Origin: Flaccisagitta enflata
Lineage: Eukaryota
NCBI GenBank assembly: GCA_965153355.1
Contig: OZ231126.1
Location: 35,216,001-35,280,000, forward strand
Direction: 5' to 3'
DNA length: 64,000 nucleotides
The position numbers were made by a program, and so were the translations under genes. Under the pieces are notes generated by a model. The model saw only the letters and a list, made by a program, of their open reading frames with translations, made no database searches and had not been told where the DNA came from. The first letter of the stretch is position 1, and each line of letters opens with the position of its first letter. Shown piece by piece: positions 50,350 to 64,000 of the stretch.

Positions 50350-53173
50350 ATGGAAGATTTTACGAAAGAAGTTATCACCATCTTGCAGGGTGGGGAATCT
50401 ATGTCTCAATGCAACATCAATGCGTCGACCATCCAAAACAATGTCGCGAGCGCAAGAGACATAGATTACCCGCCCGCCGCCATTGAGTTTTTATATAAAA
50501 ACATTCTCTCCGAAAAAATTATCAACACAACCATCAATACCATCAAAGAACGTTCAAAACATAACAATTTCCATCCTTTAGACGAGAATGAGAAACTTTA
50601 TCCGATTCATGCGGCCTGCCGTGCGATGAGAGAAACAGTCAACCAGAGTCTTACGCAGGCGGAGCAAAATATCAGATACACCTTTCGGCTTCCGGCTTTC
50701 AACGAGGGACCGAGCGATAACACCCCTCGCGCATCCGCTTATCCATCTGCATCGGCAGATGCGTTAATGGCAGATGCAAACGCGTCGACCTCTCTGACCG
50801 ACGGCGCGACTGCACCCGGGTTTTTATCTCCGCCTGGACCCTCGTTTGCCTCGGAATCGGCATTCTCGTCTCCGTTCGCGGCGGCACTTGCGTCGGCACC
50901 TGCGTCGGCACTTGCGTTGGCACCTGCGGCGGCACCTGCGTCGGCACCTGCGGCACCTGCGGCACCTGCGGCACCTGCGGCACCTGCGGCGCCACCTACG
51001 TTGGCTGTGGCATATGACGAGACTCACTCCTCAGGGACGGAAAGCGCCGATTCACTTCACATTGCTGAAGGTGAAGACGCTCTCCATATCGGCGAAAATG
51101 GCGACGGAGAAGATGGCGAAGATGGCAGCGAAGATGGTGATCTTGGCAGCATCACCAGCAGCTTTTTCATCCCACCGCAGTCGCAGCCGCAGCCGCAGCC
51201 GCAGCAGCAGCCGGCGTTCTTCGACCCTAGCCGAGGCCAACACGCTCCCTTGGTTTATTACGCCTCCCAAACGACGGCGACCGCGTCGCATAACAACGAT
51301 AGCGTCAAACCGACAACAGCCGACGCTGTTATCGGTGCAGAGTGCCATTGGCGCCATTCATGTTACAATCATCCTCTACATCAACAAAACATGCTGCGTG
51401 GTTTTGGGGGAAGAGAAAAACTTCAACCCCCATCAAACGATTGGTGCTCGGCGATCAAGGCCGACCAAAGACAACAAACCGCTTGCGTCGGCTATGTTGG
51501 CGATGAAGATACATCATGCGTCGTCGCCAACAATGGAACATTCAAGCGTAAGAACGCTGAAAATCATCAAACTTCGAACAAAAAAATCAAGATCAACGAA
51601 TACCCAAACCCTTCCTTGAATCCTTTTGTGCGTCTTGAACGCAACGAAGTCGGCGCTGAATGGGGCGCTGCAGGGGCAACTACGGCAAGGGCCGCTGGCG
51701 CCAACGTTGCCGCTGCGTACTGGCAAAACCATGATGGAAACCATGATTTCATCACCCCGGCCCTGGCCCCAACCTCGGCCCCGGCCCCGACCTCGGCCAC
51801 AGCACCTCGGCCCGTGGAGCCCGACCAATCTATCCAAGCTCCTCGCAAACCTCCGCAGCCGAAATTAAAAGAGATTCTGCCGGCGTTCGACCGTAAAACC
51901 CACATTGGGCTGAGGAGACAAAGCGCCAATTTCGACACAATGAAGCCTGTTGCACGATTCATCTACGAGGGACACTTAAAATACACCGATCCGGTGCAGC
52001 AAGTAATGTGTCTCAACGTGGTCCGTCGCCCTACGAAAAAATGTACTTCCTCAACCGGATGCTGGCCAATCCCCGGAATATGCCGCAATTACCTGAGGAA
52101 CGAATCGTTGGAGAACGAGGCGACAACGAGAGCCCAGGATCCGAACTTTAACCCTATCTCACTTTGCAAGGATCGTATCAATGGTCTTTGTACGGTCCTT
52201 GAGAATAGCTCCAACCCCGCCGGACACTTGGTGCGCTTCACACAACTTTTCCGAAGCTGCGTGGAGAGAATCCACGATTCCTTCAAGGATATGGGCGTCA
52301 AGAAAATAGGCGTCAAAATAGATTTGGACGCGAAAGAAGCAAATGCCGACGCGGAAGATATCCGCACAAACATGCGTCGATTGAAGGCATGGGTGGCAGA
52401 AGCCGAAGACCTCAGATGCACAAAAGGCCCACGCGTTTTTATCAAAAATCTCGAGTTCGAGCAACGCTTTAGGAACACCGTCGAAAAGGAGTTGGATCGA
52501 GAGTATAATTACCATCATTCGCTATTTCTAGCGTGTTCAGGCAGGCCCTCACTCTCGTGCATCGTGTGCGAGAAACCCATCGGCGATTCCCAATACAACA
52601 AAAAACATCTAACATACTGGTAAGGATATCTCTCCTTCTTATTCTTGTTCTTGTATCTTGTTTTTTTTGTTTTTGTTTTGTTTTTGTTTCTTTAGTTCAT
52701 ATATTTTGTTTTTGTTCTTGTTTCTTTTGTTTTTTTCGTTTTTGTTTCTTCAGTACATATTTTTGTTTTTGTTCTTGTTTTTTGTTCTTGTTTTTTGTTT
52801 CTTGTTTTTTTTGTTCTTATTCTTGTTTTTGTTTCTTAGTTCTTATTTTTTTTTTTTGTTTTTGTTCTTGCTCTTGTTTTTTTTGTTTTTTGTTCATTCA
52901 TTCATTCATTCATTCATTCGTTCATTCATTCATTCATTCCTTCATTTTTGTTTTTGTTTATTCATTCATTCGTTCATTCATTCATTCATTCATTCATTCT
53001 TTCATTCATTCTTTCATTTATTCATTCGATTATTCATTCATTCATTCCGTCATTCATTTTTATCTTTTATTTCTATTTTATTTCTGGGCCTTTTTACCCC
53101 CCCCCATCCCCCCCCAAAAAAAATCCAAATAGAATGTTTAAGCGTTGAAGCACACACGACTTTGGCACGCATG

Positions 53174-53249
<76 letters not shown>

Positions 53250-53257
53250 TTGGTGGA

Positions 53258-53298
<41 letters not shown>

Positions 53299-54157
53299 AG
53301 ACTGATGCGATGATGGAATGATGTGTTGATGGAATGATGATGAATGATGATGATGATGATGAATGATGTGTGATGATGATGTGATGATGATGTGATGTGT
53401 GATGATGTGTGATGATGAATGATGATGAATGATGAATGATGAATGAAGTGTTGATGGAATGATGGAATGATGAATGATGGAATGATGTGTTGATGGAATG
53501 ATGGAATGATGTGTTGATGAATGAATGATGGAATGATGTGTTGATGGAATGGTGGTAGATTGATGTGTTGATGGAATGAATGAACGAATGAATTCATTCA
53601 TTCATTCATTCATTCATTCATTCATTCATTCATTGAACTTTAGGTGATATTTTTGTGTGTTTTCCACTTTACAATTAAGGTGCCACGTCATGAAGACAAT
53701 CGCTCCGACGTCGCGATTTTGGGCGGAATTCGTACTGCCAACGTTCCTCAGCGAAGAGCAAATCCCCATGACGATGATGGCCGTTGAAAAGGACATCGAA
53801 GTCGTTTTGGCTCAACTCGTGAATCTACCGATGGTCCGCTTCCGGGATATCATCATCAAAGCGAAAGAAGCCGACGAGAACGGTACGGCGACCATCGCCT
53901 TCAATCGCGTCTTGGAAGACTTTGAGAGTTACAAGCAAACCGCAGACACCGCAGGCGCCAATCCGGTCTACATGCCGCCAACAGCGCCAACAGCGCCAAC
54001 AGCGCCAACGGCGCCAAGGATGGACAATTTCTGTCTGTTTACGGTAACATCGGCGTCGACGAGCAGCTGCATCGGCAGCCCACTGCCACAACTGTTGTGT
54101 ACATTGTGTACTGTTGTCTCCGGGGCACTGGAAACCCCCCAGGGACTAACAGACTGA
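50350..54157 (+). CDS. About 915-aa protein with Ala/Pro-rich disordered regions and a C2HC zinc-finger-like motif split by an intron
   Basis: Exons 50350-52619 and 53680-54157 (TG|gtaagg...aag|G, phase 2) give CIVCEKPIGDSQYNKKHLTYWC; the 3' end may splice further. Confidence 0.65.
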
Positions 54158-54243
54158 CAGTGGCAACATTGCCTTGTGCTTCTCTTCCCTTCTCGTCGCC
54201 AACAACACCGTCAACATTAAATCGCCTCGTCGAGGACGTCGGT

Positions 54244-54298
<55 letters not shown>

Positions 54299-55744
54299 TT
54301 TTCTCCCTTTCTCTTTCTCCTTTCTTTTTGCATGAATCGCCTCTTCGCCAGCAGATATTTGCCCAGTTTTTTTTTTGTCTAGATAATTTTGACTTTGTCG
54401 CCTCTGTCTGTATGTTTTGTCGGTTTTGTTAGCCCACAATTGCCTATACTTTGCCTAAACATTGCCTATAATTTGCCGCTTATACTTTGCCCATATTTTG
54501 TTTTGTTTATGTTTTGCATGATTTTTGATATATTTGTACAGAGGAATATTCTATGCGTTGTTTTGCCTATATTTTGCCTTTAATTTGCCTGTAATTTGCC
54601 TGTAATTTGCCTGTAATTTGCCTGTTTTTGTTTGTACATAGAAGAGTTTTACGCGTTGTTTTTTCTGTTTTGTGTTTTCTTTTTTGTCCCCCTTTTTTAT
54701 TTCCTTTTATTTTTCTCTCCTATTTTATTAGATTGTATACAGTTATTGTTTTCTGTTTATGTTTTTTCTGTGTTTGTGCCTAAATTCTGCCCTATTTCTC
54801 GCACCCCTCCCCTTCCCACCCACCCCCCCCCCTCCTTCCTACTCTACCTCATGCTTGTGTTATTGCGTTATTGATCCGTTGTTTACCCAAATAATCTTTC
54901 CCCCTCTCCCCCTTTTCCCCCATCACTCTCTTTCCTCCCCCCCCCCCCCCACCCGTCACCTTTTTTTATCGTTTTGACTATTTTTTTTTTCTTTTTCGCC
55001 CCTAATCACTTTACTCTGTGTGCTACTATAGTTCCCGTTTCCCCCTCCCATCCCCACATTCCCTTTGTTTTTTCAATAGAAGCACACTTTTTTTTTTTTT
55101 TTTTTTTTTAAATAAGTCGGTTTAAATCATTTAAAAAAATTTCTGTTGAAAAACTTTTTTGAAAACTTTTCGTTGAAAATTTTTTTTGGTAATTACTCTT
55201 ACAACTTTTAAAACTACGTCTGTAAATGATGAGCAATAGAATGTCGCGAGTTTTGGTTTGTTTCAAAACATGGATTTCTTCATTACACCAAAAAAAAAAG
55301 GGGAAAAAAAACTACTAATTAGGCTATCATAAACTACCCTAGCCGTACATTTGAGCTACTTCAGCTATTTAGCGAATTTCATGATTTTCGTGATTTCATG
55401 CAAAAGCTTCATGCATAACAGATGTTAAGCGTCAATAACGAACCATACAGACAGATCTCTTATAGCCGCTGTACTACAGAATACTTAACGCTGTAAACGG
55501 CATCTTGCAGGGGAAAATTCTGGGCGCTATACGCCAAACGGCGATTTGAGGGTCTGTCGTTGCGAAACAAATTACAGCTGACTTCGAATGGGTAGATCGC
55601 TTCTGTAAATAAGCGGAAATATGTTTCGCTAGAATATGTCTGAATGTCTTGATTTACATTTTGAATAACTTAGTCTTCATTTAAACTTCTGGTTACACAC
55701 CTGGGTGGACATCGTTGTCCATTGTTCTATTGTGGTCCAATTCA

Positions 55745-58333
55745 TCATTCTCCATTGTTCTCATTGGCGAATAAGCGATGTGTGAGAAAGGACAGGGGTT
55801 TTAACCGTTTGGACGAGTCCTCTGCGTCCGTAATATATCTGTTTGTTTCCCTGAAATTTATGAAGTTTGTTCCTTTTGTTAGAGACGGAAATGTCAATGT
55901 CACCGCGCCGTGGCCGTCAGCCTCCAAAAGTCTTCTCGCGCTCAGCGCTTCTTTCTCCCGCTGATCGACGGACGCCTGCAACGTCGATTTGATGGCGCTG
56001 AAGCTTTCACCGGTCGCATAGTTGAGTATCAAATTTTTTTGCTCCCTTAAGCGGAGAGTGATTTTATGTTTATTAGGATAGCGCGTGAAATGATGGGCGG
56101 ATGGATGAATGTATGGATGGATGAATGTATGGATGGATGAATGTATGGATGGATGGATGGATGGATTAATGGATGGATGAATAGATATTTGGATGGATGA
56201 ATAGGCCATGAGGCCCGGAATTTACCTATACAGAGTAAACAATGGCAAAGTATGGAGAATTAGGGCAGGCTAAGGCCGTTTGTACATGTACCTGTCATGA
56301 GTGGAAAGAAAGAGTGTATAGCTTTTGATGCTATTCTTGATTAAACGTGTCAATTGCGCGACCGAAGAATTGTTTGTGGCTCCAATGCTTTGAGAGTGGC
56401 CTGTTTTTTAAAAAAATTAAGAGGGGAAGAAAAAAAAACTGATAATTTCCTCTTTTCTTCCTTTTAGGTGGATGCCAGGCCGATCCGGTTGATTCCCGTC
56501 GGCTGATTTGTCGGTTGATTTGCCGGCCGATTACCGGCCGATTTCCGGCTGATCACAACGGCAGGATTAACAATGGGTTTCATATATTCACGTGATTTCT
56601 TACCTAAAGCAATCACGTGGATTTGAAGATGGTTGGAAAGGGAGCTAAAAATGTTGGATAACGTCTTGTAGGTTGCAGTGACGTCACGGCGAAATGTCGC
56701 GTTTATATCCTCATGGTAGTCTTGATTTCCCGTTGAGTTAGAACTGTTGACCAACATGTAATCGTCCACTAGTAAAATAGAGAGTGGTGGGAATATAATA
56801 TTATCCTGTCTTTGAGTGTTTGCGTTTGGTTTGTTGCTGTCTTTTTGCCTTTCACGTTCGCGTTCATAATTGATTCTTTTTTTTACAGCATCCCTGATGA
56901 GATTTGCGTGTTCGTCGGATTTAATCTTTTGCCTTTCTTCGTTATCTTCCTCTCTGACAGGCGCGGTGTTACGTTTCTCGTCCTTATCCGTCGTACGCTT
57001 ATTTATAGCGCCAGGGGCGCCCTTCTCCTCTCCTTCACGCTCCTCTTCCCCCGTCACCCTCCTCCCTTCATCGTCATCATCATCATCATCGTTCGATCTC
57101 GCCTTCCTCCGCTCTTCCTCTTCATCATCCTCAATCTCCTCCTCCTCCTCCTCCTGCTCATCGCCTTCCTTCTCGAGTTTCCTTCGTTTCTGCCTCCTGG
57201 AACGACGCAATTTATCAGCGGAGGTCGTTGGTCCCTCACCTTCCTCATCATCATCCTCCACCTCTTTGTCTTGGAGCTTACTGCGCATGAAACGTGTCTG
57301 TACACGTCCACCCTTTTTGTCGAGAAGGTGAGAAGGCCGATTGTCGTTGTTTTTTGTCATTTCTGTTGTCGTTGTTGTTGTTGTCGTGTTTGTTTCCGGC
57401 GCAAATTTAGAGTCCGAAAGCAGGAAACTTTTGTATTTCATCGGTTTGTCTTGCAATGTCATGTAATTACTCCAGCGTTTTATCCGTTGTCTTGGTATGT
57501 TATTGCGTAACCGTCGTTGTTCGTTGTTACTATTGGTGGTTTTGCTCCCCAGCCCGTCCATAATAACATCATCGTCTTTATGTTTTGGCTCACGACGAAC
57601 CTTAATTACTTGCTTTATAAAAGCTTTGCAATAATCATCGTCATTGGTGTTATCCTCTGAGTCATCTGCGTTTGTCATGGCGCAATATTTTTTGCCGGAT
57701 TTGAATGGGCGTTTTCGATGTTGTTTTTGGTTCCCTTTCTCCCTATGTTTAGTTTCATCCCCTCCCTTATTATCGTCTTCCACCTCTTCGTCATTAGCCT
57801 CCTCCTCTTCCTCGTTCTCTTCCCCCTCTAATGAATTCTCATGGTTGTTGTTGTTGTTGTTGTTGTTGTTGCTGTTGTGTAATCTTTTCGATTTTGTAAG
57901 GGCAAGTGATTGTAAGAATTGAGAATTCAAAAGTCCCCTGTAACGAGGAGAAAAAAAAAGGGGGGGGGGGTTGTTTCAGTTAGAGCACTGGGCGGCCAAA
58001 AATAATATTGATCATAACAATAGATAATTTTTATTGATTCTTTTTTCTCTCAAAATGCTCAAAAGGCGACTCTTACCCTTCGTAGATATAGGCCGGTACG
58101 CCCCAGAATTTGGCGTTTTTGTGAATTTCACTTCTTACACGGTCTGATATAGTCGTATGGCTTAAGTAGATTAAGGCTGTTGGTGGCAACGTACTAAATA
58201 AGGGCATAAAATAACGTAAAAGCGTTGATACGCAATACGTTGTCTTTCCCGCTGAAGATCTAAAGAGTGAGACAAAGATAGAAAGAGAGAAAGGAAGAGA
58301 AAAAGAAAGGAAGAGAGAAAGAGAGAAAGAAAG

Positions 58334-58400
<67 letters not shown>

Positions 58401-58548
58401 AAAAGAATGTTGTTAATGGTGTATTGCTAAAATAATAGCTTCTTAAGTTTATTGGGGGGGGGGGGGAGAGGGTTAGCAAGGCAAGGAATGTTGTTGCTTT
58501 AGCTTGACGCAGGAATTTCACATTCCAGATGTCAAATGATAATACCAT
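55745..58548 (-). CDS. A32/FtsK-family genome packaging ATPase, 5 exons, about 665 aa, with a large low-complexity insertion
   Basis: Exons about 58548-58478, 58259-58077, 57937-56604, 56400-56292 and 56045-55745. Walker A (A)LSSAGKT, Walker B ILLVDD, SNHLQIHVIAL, RLIKNSIKSYTLF, HDREQ. The first donor would be non-canonical (GC), so exon 1 is uncertain. Confidence 0.78.
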
Positions 58549-60649
58549 ACGATAAAAGCTACATAAACAAAATAAGATAATGCCAGGTGCGTTTTGAGTG
58601 GAAATGCCAGGTGCGTTTGGAGTGAAAAAAAAAACACACATACAAAATGTTGTTTTGCCCTTTAAAAATTCTTTTAAAAAGAGAGAGACAGAGAGAGACA
58701 CAGAGAGAGACACATAGAGACAAAGAGAGACAGAGAGACAAAGAGAGACAGAGAGAGACAGAGAGAGACAAAGAGAGACAGAGAGACAAAGAGAGACAAA
58801 GAAAGACAGAGAAACAGAGAGACAGACAGAGAGACAGAGAGAGAGACAGAGAATGAGAAAAAAAAGAAACAGATTTAAAACAAAACAAAACAAAAAAGCC
58901 ATATTTGATTAGTTTAAATGAATACGCGCTTTGTTTGATTCTAAATTTTGGCGTGATTGAATAATTTGTCCTTGTCCCTGTCTAACAACAACCTCTGGCA
59001 GAATGGAACGGAGCGGAGCGGAAGCGGGACAACAAGGTGCGGAATGGAGGTCACACGGAGGACAAACTCGTGTTCGTGACGACCCGCTCGTGACAACAAC
59101 TCGGTGCTCATGATGAGCGGCGCCTCACAACAGATCATCCCTCGATCATCCCTCGATCATCATCATCTCCTCCGTGTCTACGAAAATATATATATATACG
59201 GAGGAATCATTGTCGAGGAATCTTTGGACGACGACGACGATGACGACGACGACGACGACGAGAGCGGAAAACGGCTACAGTGGCGACCTCAAAAGAACGA
59301 GTTCGTGGCGAAATACAGCGGGATTTTTAGCGGCAAATCGATCGATCGATTGAGAAGGCGGCGACGACGACGACGACGACGAATACGACGATGAAGATGC
59401 GAGACGACGACGGAGCGTTACGCTGCTATCAATATCGATCGCGGAAGAAGACACAAAGCGGATATATTCTTAATAAAGAAACATACAGGTGATAATCCGA
59501 TGATTTTACACGGCGATGATAGCAATCTGGCGTGTAATTGCTTTCGATGTGTGTATATGTTGTATGGTGTATGTATGTACGTATGTACTTGGTCTAGTAC
59601 CACGGTTCTTTTTTTTCTTTCTTACACATATATGGTATCGAAGGGGAAATCAAGACTACCATAAATATAATTTTGATTTTCATTAATGAAATAATAAGTA
59701 TAAAGATTACCAGCGGCCTTCGGCCGCTGGTAATTTAAAAAAAAAAAAAAAGCCAAACCCGGGGGGGGGGGAACCCCCCCCCTTTATTCCCCTCCCCCCC
59801 CTTTTCCCTTTTCCCCCCACCCCCTCCTTCCCCCTCCCCCTCCCTTCCCTCCCCCTTTCCCCTTTTTTCCTTCCCCTTTGGTGGTGGTGGTGGTGGAGGT
59901 GGTGTTGGTGTTGGTGGTGTTGGTGGTGGTGGTGGTGGGAGGGAGGGGAGGTAGGTGTTTGGGGGAGAGAGAGAGAGAGAGAGAGAGAGTTGAGAGAGAG
60001 TTGAGGAGTTGAAGAAGTTGAGAATAATCGAGGAATTTGGGAGTCGAGAGGAGCTGAGGAATAAGTCAACCAAAGAAATACAGAGATAATGGAGAAATGG
60101 AGAAAAAAACCGACGAAAGGCGAATTGGAAACGGATATGCGTTTTATAAAAACCCGGACATTGGAGATTCAAATGGAGTCCTCGAATTGAAATAACAAAG
60201 AAAACGGTGGAAGGAATGTTATTGAAGGTGATAAAATATTGTCTTAATCTGTTTTATTTAGGGGTATCTGGTTTTTGTTATTTCTTTGATTCCAAATTTT
60301 TTCCTTATTTAGATTAGGCTTCGGTTTTTTTGTTTTTTTTGTTTTTTGTGTAAAATATATATATATAGGGGCTTTGTCATTTTTTCTTTGTATTAGGGGG
60401 GTTTTTAGGAAAACAAAACTGGCCTTTCTTTTCCCCCCCCCCCTTTCCTCTTTAGATTCGTCTCGGGTATATAAGGAAGGGGTAGTTGTACTTTTTTGCA
60501 CATTGATTTTTCATTCCGTTCATGCGGATCACGTCTTTTTTTTCTCTTTGCCATTCTCTCTCTTTGTCTCACTTTCTCTTTCCCTCTCTGTCTCTCTCTT
60601 TGTCTCTCTCTTTTCTCTTTCTCTCTCTCTCTCTCTCTTTTCTCTCTCT

Positions 60650-60811
<162 letters not shown>

Positions 60812-61144
60812 AAAATGGGATTCGATTCTATGTATGTATGTATGTATGCTATTTATTTATATAACATTGATCATCCCCTCCCTTGTTCTCCCTCGTCTCG
60901 GATCACGGGGTCGTAAATCTGGGGGTCGTAAATCTGTCTTACCCTCTTTGTTTTTTTTTCTTTTTCAAATTGATGATTATTTGGGCTCGCGCCGTTAAAA
61001 TAATTGCTTTGAATCTCGGTACAACGATTTGTGAAGTCGATTAATGATTATTTTTCTTGGTGTCCGTTTCATTCTCTGTTTTCTCTCTCTCTTTCTTTCT
61101 CTCAGTCTTTCTTTGTCTTTCTTTCTTTCTTTCTTTCTGTCTTT

Positions 61145-61175
<31 letters not shown>

Positions 61176-61225
61176 CTGTTTCATTCTCTGTTTTCTCTCT
61201 CTTTCTTTCACTCATTCCTTCTTTT

Positions 61226-61259
<34 letters not shown>

Positions 61260-61760
61260 TTTCTTTCTTTCTTTATTTCTTTTCTTTCTATTTCTTTCTT
61301 TCTTTCTGTTTCTTTCTTTCTTTCTGTTTCTTTCTTTCTTTCTGTTTCTTTCTTTCTTTCTTTTTTTTCTTTCTTTCTATTTCTTTCTTTCTATTTGTTT
61401 CTTTTCTTTCTCTCTTTCTCTCTGTTTCTTTCTTTCTTTCTGTTTCTTTCTTTCTGTTTCTTTCTTTTCTTTCTCTCTTTCTCTCTCCTTCTTTCTGTTT
61501 CTTTCTTTCTTTCTCTCTTTCTCTGTCTAATTTTCTTTCTTTCTTTCCTCTTTCTCTGTTATTTCTATTTGTCTTTCGACGCCGGTATGTCTGATTTTGA
61601 AAAAAAAAAAGTTGTAAAAAGAAAATTCTTTTTCTCTTTCTTTTTTTTCCCCTTTACCTAATTTGGCGTATTCTCTTTTAATTCGATGATGGGCGATTTT
61701 TATTTCCCGAAAATAATTTTACTATCGTCGTGTTAACATTGTTCTCCAATTCTCCTTAAT

Positions 61761-61930
<170 letters not shown>

Positions 61931-61971
61931 CTACTTCTCTTTCTACTTCTCTTTCTCTCTACCTCAACATC

Positions 61972-64000
61972 ATGGAAAACGAAAAAGTAATCCAGCAGCA
62001 AAACTCGCAACATGACAACCAGCAACATGACAACATCGTGGACGGACCTTTTTGTCCATATGACTCCCACCTTCAACTTCGCAATATCGCTAACTCTCAT
62101 AACAACTCTGACCATCGTCGTCGTTCTTCTCTTCTCGGTCATGCAGCAACTCATGCAGGCCCAACAAATTCTGCGCGTTATTCTTCACTATCCGCCGTTC
62201 ACCACCCAAACTCATCAATGCGCGTGCTTTATCCATCGTCTTACGCATCATCAACATTGTCATCACCACCAACGAATGAATCAAGAACCAGTTTAACAAA
62301 GCGAAACAGCCTCTCAACTGCTTCGAATGAGACAATTAAACTACCTCCTTCTCAAGTGCCTCCTCCTCCTGCTCCTCCTATACTACCTCCTCTTCCACCT
62401 CTTCCTCCTCCTCCTCAAAAGCCGCCTCTTCCGCCTTTTCTTCCGCCTTTTCCTCTACCGCCTTTTTCTCTACCTCTACAGCCGCCTCTACAGCCGCCTC
62501 TACAGCCGCCTCTACTAACTCAACAACCTCATCTGTCACTTCAACCTCTACCTTTCCTGGCCCCCGCTCCGCTTAATCCACCACCGCAAAATCGGGGACC
62601 GGCGCCGTTAATCGACTTAACAGCAGCGGGGGCTTCCAACATCGAGTCTGGGACCAACAATTTCAATTCCAAAGTTGAGTCCGGGACCAACTATTTCAAA
62701 AAGAAGGTTGAAAAAAAACCTTATGATACGCAGCGGAAGGAACGGTTAAAGGAAAGGTATCGGCGTGAATGGCAAAAATTGAACAACGTTAAAAAGAAAG
62801 AGCCTATGCCATTGAAAAAAAAGTCGCAGCAGGAGGCGGAAGAGCGGTACCAGGCGCTTCTTCGAGATCAGAAATCTCATCAAGAACTTGAACAGGCTGC
62901 AGCCTTCGCCATTCAAACAGACACGTTGGGCTTTACAGTGAACGTTGACATCGCTGCCAATCAAACTTTTGAGCTCCTTGCGGAGCTCGAAAGTATCGCG
63001 GAAATCTTCGACGACGCAAAAGACTACATACTAAGGCAAAAGAAACCAATCGCAAAAGAACAATGGATAGATGAAGAAGTACAGCAAGAGAATCTCCATG
63101 TTCTAGCCGACGATTTCGAGGATGCTGAATACCTCACCGAATCTGCAATTCCGTATTTACAACGACGCTACAACATTTCCGAAAGGTGTCTACGAAGATG
63201 GATCCAAAAGAAGCGGAACCGATTTTGCAACGAAAAGAAAATTTTCCTCGAAGAAAAAAACATTCGGCCCATTTATCAAAGGGTCGAATGCATCCTACTG
63301 TCGGTTTTCGAAAGATTCTCTCCAAGGCCACGTCCGCTTGAGATCGCGTGTATACAGCGTCACCTTACACTGAACAGGTAATTCTTGTCGAAACCGTATT
63401 TGAGCTGCTGTTTACAGATTAATTTCTGTCAATCCTTGTCAAACATTGGCAATCATCTTTGTCAATCAATCAATAAAACAATCAGTCAATCAGTCAATCA
63501 TTTTCAATCAGTCAATCATTTTCAATCAATCACTTTCAATCAGTCAAGCGGTCAATCAATAAATCAATCAATCAATCAATCAGTCGATCAATCAATCAGT
63601 CGATCAGTCAAACATTTTGAATGACATCATTTTTGAATAACATCATTTTCAATTATCCCTCTTTTTTTTTATTGAAACAAGGCTGTACGTGGACAGCTGG
63701 TTCAGGGACCAACGGCAGCGTTGCCTGAGATGGATGCCTTACACGGGCCCTTCTCTTCTCCTGGCGTATGACAGGATTCTCACGCTGTGGCACCGTCAAT
63801 ACCCGTATCCGACGCCACAGCAAACTAGAGACATCGCAAAGAAAATTCAACACTCAATCGCCAGCGTGGAGAAATGGCGCGACCATAAGATAAGGTCGAC
63901 GCGCAGGGTAGGCGTGCCTCGGGAAATATTTCTTTCCACCCGATATTTATCTCCAGAGAGCGAGCGCCAGGAGCCCAATCAATCAACTAATCGATTCATT
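61972..64000 (+). CDS. Triple-homeodomain-like protein, copy B (intact exon 1 61972-63377; exon 2 from 63682, runs off window)
   Basis: HD1 NLHVLADDFEDAEYL...LQRRYNISERCLRRWIQKKR; HD2 ILLSVFERFSPRP...IQRHLTLNR|LYVDSWFRDQR; HD3 ILTLWHRQYPYPTPQQTRDIAKKIQHSIASVEKWRDHK. Confidence 0.78.

Noticed and set aside
52533-53601. Cys/Phe-rich and His-rich ORFs
   Set aside because: Lie within a microsatellite-filled intron.

Overview
Eukaryotic (probably invertebrate animal; inference) genomic window. Bases 1-5241 are host repeat DNA (SINE-like elements, a 21-bp minisatellite, two TA-flanked MITEs, decayed transposase remnants). Most of the rest is an unusually large, intron-rich Maverick/Polinton-type endogenous virus, present as two partial copies in opposite orientation. 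Copy A runs 5242-35061, from the DNA-polymerase end to a 33-N assembly gap. Copy B runs 36104 to beyond 64000, starting at the capsid/protease end. The copies overlap by about 7.4 kb (27643-35061 vs 56630-64000 inverted), and joining them reconstructs a roughly 50-kb element with very short (about 30-40 bp) AGTAGT-initiated terminal repeats. All six Maverick core genes are recognisable by motif: protein-primed PolB, retroviral-like integrase, A32/FtsK packaging ATPase, adenain-like protease, major capsid and minor capsid. Five of the six carry predicted phase-compatible spliceosomal introns. Accessory cargo includes an approximately 1900-aa protein with three tandem divergent homeodomains, zinc-finger/acidic proteins, a tandem PC4-like protein, a membrane protein with an RGG tail and protamine-like basic peptides. 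Many ORFs have a 3' splice acceptor a few bases upstream of the ATG, suggesting polycistronic units resolved by splicing. Exon structures and domain calls were made by eye; no database search was run.
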